DNA from: a virus
Strand: one strand, 5' to 3'
Length of the DNA stretch: 64,000 bases
Virus record (IMG/VR): IMGVR_UViG_3300030333_002703
Coordinates: 32,001-96,000 of that record
Position 1 is the first letter of the stretch, and every line of letters begins with the position of its first letter. This document shows positions 1 through 9,190 of the stretch, piece after piece. The notes under the pieces were generated by a model. The model saw nothing but the letters and a program-made list of their open reading frames with translations. It had not been told where the DNA came from and did no database searches. The position numbers and the translations under genes are program-made.

Positions 1-303
1 GTTATCTCTAAAGAAAAAGCCACATGGACTGGCGCACGTGGAATGGGTATCGGATTGGGTACACCAGATAGCGCACCACGTGGACCTACTGAAATTACAC
101 AAGATGTCAATACATTGGATTACGATATGAGGCAACGTGATGATGAAAAAACCGAGAAGCCTAGAAAGAAACCTAAGAAAATGCAAGGTGAGCCTCATCC
201 AATGACTGCTTCTGTTACTACAGATGAGGGTGAAAAGGGCAAAATTAGGGTCACAAACGAAGAAGCGGCCTTAGAAATGGAGCCTGAAAATCCCTTTGAG
301 TAG
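1..303 (+). CDS. 3' end of a hypothetical protein truncated by the window edge
   Basis: Frame 1 is open from base 1 (VISKEKATWTGARGMGIGLGTP...) to TAG at 301-303. Confidence 0.75.
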   Translation, partial: VISKEKATWTGARGMGIGLGTPDSAPRGPTEITQDVNTLDYDMRQRDDEKTEKPRKKPKKMQGEPHPMTASVTTDEGEKGKIRVTNEEAALEMEPENPFE

Positions 304-355
304 TATTGTAGTATCATAGGTGGTATCATATACCATTACAACACGTGGTGTGCCA

Positions 356-1747
356 ATGGTTCTTAGCGTAGCCCGGCCAGCCAGCGCAGTTTTGCTTAAG
401 GCACACCGAGTTGACGACCTTGTGATTGCGGGCTATGCGAGTGTCGAACTTGTGGATAAACAAGGTGACTTGATTACTACAGGTGCGCTCAATAAGGCAT
501 TCAAGAAGTTCATGGCGAACCCGCAATATAGCAATGTGCAACTAGCACATTCTAACATCCAAGTGGGTGAAGTCATTCCAGAATATACTGATACAAATGG
601 CCGTATGTGGAAGTCCGAGGTAGATGATACCGGACTATTCGTAGTTATCAAACTACGAAATGACATTGAAAAGGCCCGAGAAGTTGCCGCAGAAATTAGA
701 AAAGGCAATCTTCGTTCATTTTCCATTGGTGGTCAGGCGTTTAAGCGCGTCAACAAATCGGACGGAATGCGCGGTTCATACCGTGAAATCCAAGATATGG
801 AACTTCACGAAGTAACAATTTGTGAAAAGGGCATCAATACGGAATCTACCTTTAAGATATTGAAGGAGGACAAAAACATGGCAGAAACAGAAGTTGTGGA
901 ACAGTTGCACAATGTTCTGGAGCGTCTATCCAAGCGATTGGATGAGTCGGAAGGCGTGGAAAAGGGCAAGCCCCCATTCCTTGAAGACGACAAAGACGAC
1001 AAGGACAGCGGCGACGACAAGAAAGAAGGTAAGTCCGACAAGGACAAAGACGAAAAGATGGCATATTCAGATGAAGATGGCGACCAAGCGAACAAGGGAT
1101 TCGATGACGTTATCACAACTGAATACCTCAATTGGATGGAGAACACCCTAAAGGGCGCAGGTGTCGATACACACGCTGCTCGCGCACACTTTGACAGTGT
1201 GAACAAGGGATACCGACCTGAAGACAAGAGCGACCACCGAGGCCAACCCCCATTGGGTATTGTTGGCGAAGGTATCAGCGCACCCAAAGCCAATTTCGGT
1301 AGCGGGAAGCCTAAGGGTAACAAGTTCGCAATCCGCGCATCTCAAGATGCATGGTCGCCACCACGTGGCAACCAATTTGTCATCAAGGAAAACGTGACCG
1401 CTGCACAGGTCGAACAGGCTTACGAAGTCTACAAGGCCGCAGCAATGGAGCAGCAGTTCAAGGGCGAACTCAACGAAGCATTCGCAGAACGCCTAAACAA
1501 CGAACTCATGCACAAGCAAAATGCAGAAGAAAAGGCAGCATACGATGCCCGAACCGATGTATCCAGCCTACAGAAGGCTGTCCTTGAATTGGCAAACCGC
1601 ATTGACAACATTTCATCCGGTGAAGGTAGCGTATCAATCCGCAAATCTGCACCATCCGTTGAGATTCCCACAACAGAAGCATTGGCTGACATCAGTTGGT
1701 CCGATGTTCACAGCCTTGCTAACAAGGCACTAATGGGAGGCGAGTAA
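356..1747 (+). CDS. HK97-type prohead protease with C-terminal scaffolding region
   Basis: IAGYAS..VDKQGD, catalytic His (QLAHSN) and Ser (SFSIGG), LHEVTICEKGIN; acidic/coiled-coil C-terminus; directly upstream of capsid gene; ATG 356 follows GTGGTG (track start 320). Confidence 0.9.
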   Translation: MVLSVARPASAVLLKAHRVDDLVIAGYASVELVDKQGDLITTGALNKAFKKFMANPQYSNVQLAHSNIQVGEVIPEYTDTNGRMWKSEVDDTGLFVVIKLRNDIEKAREVAAEIRKGNLRSFSIGGQAFKRVNKSDGMRGSYREIQDMELHEVTICEKGINTESTFKILKEDKNMAETEVVEQLHNVLERLSKRLDESEGVEKGKPPFLEDDKDDKDSGDDKKEGKSDKDKDEKMAYSDEDGDQANKGFDDVITTEYLNWMENTLKGAGVDTHAARAHFDSVNKGYRPEDKSDHRGQPPLGIVGEGISAPKANFGSGKPKGNKFAIRASQDAWSPPRGNQFVIKENVTAAQVEQAYEVYKAAAMEQQFKGELNEAFAERLNNELMHKQNAEEKAAYDARTDVSSLQKAVLELANRIDNISSGEGSVSIRKSAPSVEIPTTEALADISWSDVHSLANKALMGGE

Positions 1748-1748
1748 T

Positions 1749-2891
1749 ATGGCACGAGATTATATCCGAACAATACAGGACATGGAGCGATACTATTACG
1801 GCGCAGGTAACGTAAGTGGCTACTCATACAGTGGCGCAGACATCCTCAAGGCCGATGCACCGCTTCTAAGCACGACAGCAGGAACATACCAAGCAATCTA
1901 TGGTCGCAAGGTCTGGTCGCAACTGAACCAAGAGTTCAACGCATTCAGCATTTTGCCCAAGAAGCCTTGGGAGAAGAGTGGTTGGAGAATCATTACCTCT
2001 AAGCCATCGTTCACCAAGGGTGGCGGTGTTGCGGAGAATGCAACCCTTCCTGACACGACCAAACCAACCTTCCTACACGTGGCTGCAAAGCCCAAGACGG
2101 TTGCTCACACATTCGATATGAGTGAAGTGGCAATCTTCCTTGCCGACAAGGACGACGGCCTCGGTGACATCCGACAGGTATTGAAGGAAGAAATGGGTAA
2201 GCACCACGCAGACCACGTGAACGTAATGCTCACAACTGACGTGGAAACACCAGCCGGTAACGATTTCGAGTCTCTTGACCGATTGACAACCAACCCATCA
2301 ACCATCAACAACGCGAACAGTTACGTGTCAGCAAACACTGACAACGATATGTACTCGATTACACGTGACAGCGGTGGAGATGCATGGGAGGCTGCTGAAG
2401 TCAGCGCATCAGGAACAAAAGGCACTAACCGAACATTGAGCCTTGACCATCTTGATACCATGTTCCAGCAAATCTGGACTCGTGGTGGTAATCCAAAGGT
2501 CATGTTCACTGGCTATGACACACTCATGCGTGTTCAGCAACTACTACAGACCCAGCAGCGCTTCATGGAAACCAAGCGTGTCACCCCATCGTTCAACGGT
2601 GTAAAGGGTGTACCCGGTATCGAAGCAGGATTCATTGTGGCTACCTACAACGGTGTCCCAATCATCCCAAGCAAGGACGTACAAACTGACGGCATCAGTC
2701 GTATCTACTACCTCGACACGGATTATTTGTGGTTCCAAACCGCAATTCCAACCCAGTACTTTGAGAGCGGTATTGAATCCGGCGACCCATTCGCCATCAA
2801 CCGCCTCGGTCAGGAAGGTCTGTATCGAACAATGGGTGAACTGATTGTGTCTTTCTACGGCGCACAGGGGAGTGTTCGTGACCTCTCGTGA
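1749..2891 (+). CDS. Major capsid protein (HK97 fold)
   Basis: 380 aa after the protease; GGVAENATLP E-loop and TYNGVPII...IYYLDT P-domain-like motifs; codon use visibly C-ending as in highly expressed genes. Confidence 0.9.
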   Translation: MARDYIRTIQDMERYYYGAGNVSGYSYSGADILKADAPLLSTTAGTYQAIYGRKVWSQLNQEFNAFSILPKKPWEKSGWRIITSKPSFTKGGGVAENATLPDTTKPTFLHVAAKPKTVAHTFDMSEVAIFLADKDDGLGDIRQVLKEEMGKHHADHVNVMLTTDVETPAGNDFESLDRLTTNPSTINNANSYVSANTDNDMYSITRDSGGDAWEAAEVSASGTKGTNRTLSLDHLDTMFQQIWTRGGNPKVMFTGYDTLMRVQQLLQTQQRFMETKRVTPSFNGVKGVPGIEAGFIVATYNGVPIIPSKDVQTDGISRIYYLDTDYLWFQTAIPTQYFESGIESGDPFAINRLGQEGLYRTMGELIVSFYGAQGSVRDLS

Positions 2892-2927
2892 GGTTGTTGA
2901 GGAGAATAACAAGGAGTAGTGAAAAAT

Positions 2928-3335
2928 ATGCCAGCAGCAACACACAGAGGAATTACATACACAACCAATGGTTCCGCGACAATCGCGGCAGACCTAGACC
3001 TCCCCCTATGGGCGGGAGTTGACCAAGACGACGAAAATTGGCTGACCAGTTATCCGGGTGCATTGACATCCTTTGAACCACGTCAGACCGATGGTACTAA
3101 CCGCGCACAACCACGATTGGTTGTATTGACGGTCGGTGCGCTAGCCGAAGCAGAAACCATTACATTGAGCGGAGAGTGCAATGCTATCCTATCATGCATT
3201 GGACACAGCAAAGATGCAACTGCAAACCTAGCCCTGACATTCAGCGGTCTTGTCATCACGGCAGATTGTGAAGCAACAGCAGACGGAACAACCAACGATA
3301 CAGCCAACGCAACCATTTGGCTCATTGTGGCTTGA
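2928..3335 (+). CDS. Putative capsid-associated structural protein
   Basis: Ala/Thr-rich ORF immediately after MCP; AAGGAG upstream of ATG 2928. Confidence 0.6.
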   Translation: MPAATHRGITYTTNGSATIAADLDLPLWAGVDQDDENWLTSYPGALTSFEPRQTDGTNRAQPRLVVLTVGALAEAETITLSGECNAILSCIGHSKDATANLALTFSGLVITADCEATADGTTNDTANATIWLIVA

Positions 3336-3345
3336 GGTGGTTCAT

Positions 3346-3741
3346 CTGCCAAAAGTGGTTTATGATGGTCCCTTGCCAACTCAACGAGTTGGCTGGGGAA
3401 CCCTCATCCGTGGTCAAGTTCAAGAAATCTCGCAAGAGACACTTGACACATTCCGCAACAGTCTGACCAATTGCCGCATCTGGGAAGATGTATCGGCAAC
3501 GGTCGAGGTTGTATCGGTGGATGCCGGACTTGATGGTATCCCAGATAGCGGATGGACCCGAAATGACATCATTTCTTGGCTGACAGAACAAGGTGTATCT
3601 ACACGTGCAGGATTGACGAAAGCGCAATTACTGTCACGTGTGGATGCACACTTGAATCCTGTCGAAGAGGAAGAAGTTAGCGAAGAGTCCATAAGCGAGG
3701 CTCCACAGGCAGATAACAACGACACAGGAAGTGACGAATAA
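3346..3741 (+). CDS. Protein with HeH/LEM-like helical motif and acidic tail (probable CTG start)
   Basis: WTRNDIISWLTEQGVSTRAGLTKAQLLSRV; GAGGTGG at 3334-3340 precedes in-frame CTG 3346 (track start 3250 overlaps the previous gene). Confidence 0.6.
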   Translation: MPKVVYDGPLPTQRVGWGTLIRGQVQEISQETLDTFRNSLTNCRIWEDVSATVEVVSVDAGLDGIPDSGWTRNDIISWLTEQGVSTRAGLTKAQLLSRVDAHLNPVEEEEVSEESISEAPQADNNDTGSDE

Positions 3742-4277
3742 TGGCAGCAGGAAATACAACAGATATTCGAGTACACGTTCTAGGCGACTTGTATATGCTC
3801 ACTGGTTCATTTACTGACGGTGGAATTGATGTCTTTTATGGAGACCATCTATCGACAGTATTGGCCGCAGGTGGACACGCAACAAGTCACTACGATACAG
3901 GTGTAACGGTTGACAACGGTGCAGGTTACGCCGCAGGTCATACAGGTGCAATAGCCGTAGATGCAGTCGATGTACGATTGCATTTTAACGTCGGTGAAAC
4001 ACTATACACGGCGGCAGGTGCGAGACTTGGTACAATTACAACAATTGGAGGCGCAACATCAGTTACAGTTGGTGGCGGTCTTTTGGAAGCGTTGGTTGAT
4101 GACCAACCCATTCACAAGCATGGACCGTTCAACGCAGCAATTACATTGAGTGATGATACATTGGATGTATCCGTTGACGAGAACAACAAATACGTAGTTT
4201 TCGGTACAGGTAACATGGGTGCATCCGCCACTGCATCGGCCCTTGATGGTCGATGGTGGATACTCGGGAAACGCTGA
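3741..4277 (+). CDS. Putative virion structural protein
   Basis: Gly/Thr/Ala-rich; TAATG coupling to previous gene; shares a module with 4294-4725. Confidence 0.6.
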   Translation: MAAGNTTDIRVHVLGDLYMLTGSFTDGGIDVFYGDHLSTVLAAGGHATSHYDTGVTVDNGAGYAAGHTGAIAVDAVDVRLHFNVGETLYTAAGARLGTITTIGGATSVTVGGGLLEALVDDQPIHKHGPFNAAITLSDDTLDVSVDENNKYVVFGTGNMGASATASALDGRWWILGKR

Positions 4278-4293
4278 TGCGGGGTGAAACCTC

Positions 4294-4725
4294 GTGCCAT
4301 CGTTTAGTACCGTTAAACTACCATCAGCAGGGCCTTGGCCCACAATGTGCGCTATCAACAATGCAGCAGGGTATGCAGCCGGTACATCTACCGCTATGAC
4401 CAGTGACGATTTCCTCCCTAGTGGGGATGTTCGCACTGTCATTGTGCCCGGTATGGATGTATGGGCTAAAAATCCAGCACAGAACAACGCTATCCAATTT
4501 TTGGGTACGTGTACCGCTGTCACAGCGACATCTGTTCGTTGTGGCGGTGGTACTAAGTTCGCAATCAATGACAATGCAGAATTGTATGTTGTGGACCCCG
4601 CTAATCTAGCATATACACTGGCTTTGGGTCGCGGATTTGTTTTGTCTGCTGCGGCTACTGCCGGTGTTGAAGTATCTGATGATGGCCGTGGTAATCTCGC
4701 ATATACGTTCTATGATATGACGTGA
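4294..4725 (+). CDS. Putative virion structural protein
   Basis: GGGGTGA RBS before GTG; NNAAGYAAG...LGTCTAVTATSVRCGGG module shared with 3741-4277. Confidence 0.6.
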   Translation: MPSFSTVKLPSAGPWPTMCAINNAAGYAAGTSTAMTSDDFLPSGDVRTVIVPGMDVWAKNPAQNNAIQFLGTCTAVTATSVRCGGGTKFAINDNAELYVVDPANLAYTLALGRGFVLSAAATAGVEVSDDGRGNLAYTFYDMT

Positions 4726-4735
4726 TGGTGATTGA

Positions 4736-5011
4736 ATGAATGGGCTATCCCTCAAAGATATTGACCGTATGAACAAACATGGATGGTCAAAAGCCCAAGA
4801 ACTCAAGCCAGCCGATGAAGGCATTGCGTGGGAGAACTACGCAATTAAAAAACAAAACACCCGCAATCGTCAGATTGCTGATGTATTGAACATTGGTGCT
4901 GGCACACGTTGTAAGCACTGTGGTATGTTACATCTATGTTGGGTTGCCAAATGCGCTACGTGTGGGCAAGATATGGATTACAACCTAGGTAAAACGGAGG
5001 CAGTTCGATAA
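4736..5011 (+). CDS. Small Zn-ribbon protein
   Basis: CKHC...CATC; GGTGA RBS. Confidence 0.7.
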   Translation: MNGLSLKDIDRMNKHGWSKAQELKPADEGIAWENYAIKKQNTRNRQIADVLNIGAGTRCKHCGMLHLCWVAKCATCGQDMDYNLGKTEAVR

Positions 5012-5970
5012 TGGTTGAATCATGTAAAGTTTGTAATGCTGAATCATCACCTGATTCATATTACTGTAGAGTCTGTCGTGAGTCGATGGGAACTGACGAA
5101 TCATCAACATCTACTGATTTTCGTATGAGTTACCCTATGGCTTTTGACTATGCATGGGCGTTGATGAAAAACTTTACACCTATACCTATATCTGATGAAG
5201 AGGCAAAAAAACTCTTGATAGCGCATGGTATTCCTCATGGTGATGGTTCATCAAGAGAACATGGAGAAGATGCACCACCTAATCCATTACGGCATACCTA
5301 TCCTCCTACAAGTGTAATGGCGATTTCTCGTGGTATTCCACAAGAAATTGCACAAAGCCAAGCCATTGGTATAGGGCATCATCCATTGTCGGCCTTGTAT
5401 CGAGATGAAGAGGGTAAGGGAAATCCCATTGAAACGACAGATATTTCTACTGACCCTTTGAAACCCAGCGCCACTACACCTATACCTTGGAACCGCCAAC
5501 GTGAATTAGGGAGGCCAATGTCTTTCACAGATGAGATGTCAGCAGATGCCGCAAATACCATGCATAGAGATATGGCACGAACCAATCCAAACCCGCCAGA
5601 ACAACGGCAACGAAGTCGTCAAGAAGCACCATATTTGTATGACGAACAAGGGCGATATGTTGGCGAAGGTCGTGGTAAAACAGAAAATGTCATTGCGACA
5701 TCCAATGATACTGTCAGCGTAGTTATGCAGATTCTCAAACAAGGAGATTTGAATAAATCGGCTTGGGAAGCGAGGCGAGAAGGACGGCGATACGGACCCT
5801 ATGGCCCTCCGACAGATGAATGGGAGTGTGATGAATGCGGTAAGCGCATCGGATTTACTGAAATCGGTGGTCAAGCCAAAAACGGCCCTCTTTGCATAGG
5901 GTGTGTTCAAAGGTATGTCGAGAACAGAAGAAGGAATAATCCACGTTGGATGTATGAGGAAGGGGCATGA
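5011..5970 (+). CDS. Accessory protein with N- and C-terminal Zn ribbons and internal AFDYAWALMK motif
   Basis: CKVC..CRVC at N-terminus, CDEC..CIGC at C-terminus; Pro/charged centre. Confidence 0.65.
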   Translation: MVESCKVCNAESSPDSYYCRVCRESMGTDESSTSTDFRMSYPMAFDYAWALMKNFTPIPISDEEAKKLLIAHGIPHGDGSSREHGEDAPPNPLRHTYPPTSVMAISRGIPQEIAQSQAIGIGHHPLSALYRDEEGKGNPIETTDISTDPLKPSATTPIPWNRQRELGRPMSFTDEMSADAANTMHRDMARTNPNPPEQRQRSRQEAPYLYDEQGRYVGEGRGKTENVIATSNDTVSVVMQILKQGDLNKSAWEARREGRRYGPYGPPTDEWECDECGKRIGFTEIGGQAKNGPLCIGCVQRYVENRRRNNPRWMYEEGA

Positions 5971-5975
5971 TTTGA

Positions 5976-7577
5976 ATGCCCACAGTATTTCAACCCGGTG
6001 AACGCGCACCAGAACCTATTGACCCAGATGCAGTCATCTATACGACCGCACAGAAAGTCGGTGAACTACTACAGATTCCACCCGCAGACCCGGTGGATTT
6101 AGCAGGTAACGCATCTGCATCTGATACATCTGTCGATATATCACCCATTGATTTTCGGAATACTGGATTTGAAGTAGGGGATGAAATTGAGATTGAAAGT
6201 GATGCAACATTGGTTGAGACACGTACAATTACTGCCATTACATTGAGTAGTGGCAATGCACGATTGGCATTCACAGGTGGTCTATCGTATGCACATACTA
6301 CTGCCAACAATGCCACCGTGCGTAACAATGCTATATTCACCAATGGCAAACTACGTGGTGTATCTAGAACACACGTTGAGACCTTGATTAAACGTCACCA
6401 AGACCGCATTGACAACATCTGCAATAACTCATGGCGACCTATGTTACAGGTTGCTGAATACAAGATATTTGATACTTACAAGCCATACCGACGCCGATAC
6501 TACACAGACTATGTTGGGACCACACCACTCTTATTCCGTAATGTTCAGCAGATTCTACGATTAGAGGTATGGCAAGGGCAAGATTACAAGGAATTGGCAG
6601 GTGCTGAAGTCCGATTGAAAATCATTGACCATTCAGCATTGGCAAGTGATGGTGTGTATCTGTGTCCGGGTGGTGGCGGTGTATTCACTTTGAACGTGGG
6701 TACAGATAGCGATACATGGAATGCATCGTTTGACAATGCGACAACCGCACAACAACTTGCAGACCTCATCAATAAGGATGGTCGTAGAAACAAAAATGCA
6801 GTCGCGTCATCGACCAATTACACATTGGAAGATTCGTATTCATCTAGTGGTACTGTGCAAGCCAAAGTCCACAATGAGTTCTTGGCATCAGCCAATGCTG
6901 ATTACGGCATCGCACGTGTCAAAATCAGTAGTATGCGTCGAGCGGCAGGTGGCACACAATCTACTATTGCCGCATCAGACCTGACAAACATTGAGTTTAG
7001 TCAACATGGTACTGCTACTACAACATCGACAAGTGTATCTAGCACTACTGTCAATGTCGCTTCTACTGCCGATTTCGTATCGCATGGACTCATTATGGTA
7101 GGTAGTGGCACATCAGTTGAGGTCTTGTCATATACGGGTAAAACCGCGACATCATTTACAGGATGCGCCAACGTCAAAGGAACCCCATTGACGACACTGA
7201 ATACAGGTGGAACGACAGCATTCCAATACCAATTCGCCATTGACTATCAAGGTTCCACCGCAACAGGTGATGAAGCCCGATTGAAGGATTGGTGGTTTGA
7301 CCCTGAAATGGGTGTCATATATTTCAACAATTCATATCCATTCTTTGAGTGGAATGCGGTCAAAGTTACGTATGTGTATGGCGAGCGGTACGTCGAAAAG
7401 GCCATTGAGGACATCGTGACCAAGTTGGTTGCTATGGACTTGATTACGGCTGATGACCGTTCAGTTCTAATTCCCGAAGGAACCACCAACATTGACCTAG
7501 GTTCCAAGTATCAACTATTCAAGCAACAGGTTGCCGAGACCTTGCCACGATATGTGGAGGTTGTTACACTTGACTAG
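5976..7577 (+). CDS. Putative head-tail adaptor (neck) protein with inserted beta domains
   Basis: YTT..KV..LL start, 'HQDRIDNICNNSW', C-terminal VKVTYVYG...AIEDIVTKLVA pattern typical of SPP1 gp15/HK97 gp6-like adaptors; position. Confidence 0.65.
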   Translation: MPTVFQPGERAPEPIDPDAVIYTTAQKVGELLQIPPADPVDLAGNASASDTSVDISPIDFRNTGFEVGDEIEIESDATLVETRTITAITLSSGNARLAFTGGLSYAHTTANNATVRNNAIFTNGKLRGVSRTHVETLIKRHQDRIDNICNNSWRPMLQVAEYKIFDTYKPYRRRYYTDYVGTTPLLFRNVQQILRLEVWQGQDYKELAGAEVRLKIIDHSALASDGVYLCPGGGGVFTLNVGTDSDTWNASFDNATTAQQLADLINKDGRRNKNAVASSTNYTLEDSYSSSGTVQAKVHNEFLASANADYGIARVKISSMRRAAGGTQSTIAASDLTNIEFSQHGTATTTSTSVSSTTVNVASTADFVSHGLIMVGSGTSVEVLSYTGKTATSFTGCANVKGTPLTTLNTGGTTAFQYQFAIDYQGSTATGDEARLKDWWFDPEMGVIYFNNSYPFFEWNAVKVTYVYGERYVEKAIEDIVTKLVAMDLITADDRSVLIPEGTTNIDLGSKYQLFKQQVAETLPRYVEVVTLD

Positions 7578-8007
7578 TCCAATTGATTTCGCATGGGCTG
7601 TAATGAAAGCACCTATTGATTCTCACGGTTATTCAGATTTACCCCGCGATATGTTCGATGAAAATGTAGGAATAATGTCTAATCAAGAAGAGCAAGATTG
7701 GTATGATTTTATAGCGAAACTGCCTTTTGATATGGACAACGATTTGACTGATGAAGAACAACAAATGATTGTTGGTATTTTCAATAGACTGTATGAAGGT
7801 GATGCTCACATACTACACCCTGATGACGATTTTGATGCAAGGGGCATGATATTCATTGAGGATTATGGGGAAGTGCCAAAAGAAGATTACTATAATGCCG
7901 AATGGTGGTGGAATCATCCACACGGACACATCAATAGCATACGAGATGAGTATGAATCTATTGAAGAACTTCAAGCAGATTTAGACAAGGAACGAGGGGC
8001 GGTTTGA
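7570..8007 (+). CDS. Acidic accessory protein with PIDFAWAVMK leader
   Basis: GGAGG 7556-7560 before in-frame TTG 7570 (MTSPIDFAWAVMKA); track start 7531. Confidence 0.7.
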   Translation: MTSPIDFAWAVMKAPIDSHGYSDLPRDMFDENVGIMSNQEEQDWYDFIAKLPFDMDNDLTDEEQQMIVGIFNRLYEGDAHILHPDDDFDARGMIFIEDYGEVPKEDYYNAEWWWNHPHGHINSIRDEYESIEELQADLDKERGAV

Positions 8008-8390
8008 TGCACCCAATTGACCACGCATGGGCCGTATTGAAAGCCAATGAAGTAGTTATTGATGGTGTCACATACGTGCCACAACAAGAACAGCCGCAAC
8101 AAGAAGAACCTGCACCTACTGGAAGTGATGTACCGTGGGCTGGTCGCACTATTGCGAATCAAGGTGGATGGAAAGATTTTGGTCGCCGTATGATGGCAGG
8201 ATTTAGAACCCGCGATGACCAAGGTAATAGAAGTACTATGATGGATAAATTACGCGGAGCAATGGAGCAACGCCAACAACAATTGTCTGCGCCCAATCCT
8301 GAAGCAGATTCACCATTAGCGACGGAAGAAGAAAAACCTAGGTCTATTATGGATTTAGTGCCAGATGAGGATGACCCCGAGGCATGGTGA
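8004..8390 (+). CDS. Accessory protein with PIDHAWAVLK leader
   Basis: TTG/ATG at 8004/8007 overlapping previous stop; Gln/Glu/Pro-rich. Confidence 0.7.
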   Translation: MMHPIDHAWAVLKANEVVIDGVTYVPQQEQPQQEEPAPTGSDVPWAGRTIANQGGWKDFGRRMMAGFRTRDDQGNRSTMMDKLRGAMEQRQQQLSAPNPEADSPLATEEEKPRSIMDLVPDEDDPEAW

Positions 8391-8396
8391 TTGAAT

Positions 8397-8702
8397 ATGA
8401 TGAGTAAAGAAGTATGGAATAATATGCGAAGTAGCATCATTATGCAACGTGACGAAGGATTACTCATTGACGATACACAGCGTGAAAATTTCTACATTCA
8501 AGAATGCATGGCTGAATTAGATTACAGTGGTACTGAATGTCAATATGATGATGGTAATATCATCGACCCAAAAACGAGTAATCCTGTATCTAACGATATT
8601 GCTGATGCCATTCATCGACGTGTTAAACAACGTAGTGGGACCGAAAGCATTTTAGCAGACAAGATGTTGAGACAATTGGATAAGTTGGAGGATTTATCAT
8701 GA
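8397..8702 (+). CDS. Hypothetical neck-region protein
   Basis: GGTGA RBS; overlaps next gene by ATGA. Confidence 0.6.
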   Translation: MMSKEVWNNMRSSIIMQRDEGLLIDDTQRENFYIQECMAELDYSGTECQYDDGNIIDPKTSNPVSNDIADAIHRRVKQRSGTESILADKMLRQLDKLEDLS

Positions 8703-9148
8703 CAGCAACGTGGTTAGAGGCGATTCCATTATTGGAGAATCTATTCGATACAGGTTGGAACCGTGCCAATACGGGCCAACGTAAGCCGGTGATTGCTGAT
8801 ATTACAACAGTGGACCCCGGCCGTGGGAAGCGTTTGGACATCCAGCGACAAGATGCTGTGTTGTTCTATGAGACTGCACACAACGAAGAACAACCTGAAT
8901 TGCTATACGACTTCGTGAACACTCGTATCAATATCACAGTGGACATCAGAACCACTGTAAGTCGTGACCAACTATACAAGATGGAAAACGAGGTACGACG
9001 TATTGTTCATGCCAATCGTAGAGGTGATGCGGTGAACTTTGATAGGATGATTTACAAGACCAGAACTGACCTATCTGACCGTACAAAGAAGTTGTGGCGT
9101 TACACATTTCAGGTAGAAATAGTAACCTTTGCAGAATTGATACCATGA
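8699..9148 (+). CDS. Putative tail terminator/completion protein
   Basis: 149 aa just before tail tube; ITVDIRT...EVRRIV...WRYTFQVEI pattern. Confidence 0.6.
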   Translation: MTATWLEAIPLLENLFDTGWNRANTGQRKPVIADITTVDPGRGKRLDIQRQDAVLFYETAHNEEQPELLYDFVNTRINITVDIRTTVSRDQLYKMENEVRRIVHANRRGDAVNFDRMIYKTRTDLSDRTKKLWRYTFQVEIVTFAELIP

Positions 9149-9190
9149 AAACACTGATTAACTGACGTAGTATCCGAGGTAGTGAAGCAT

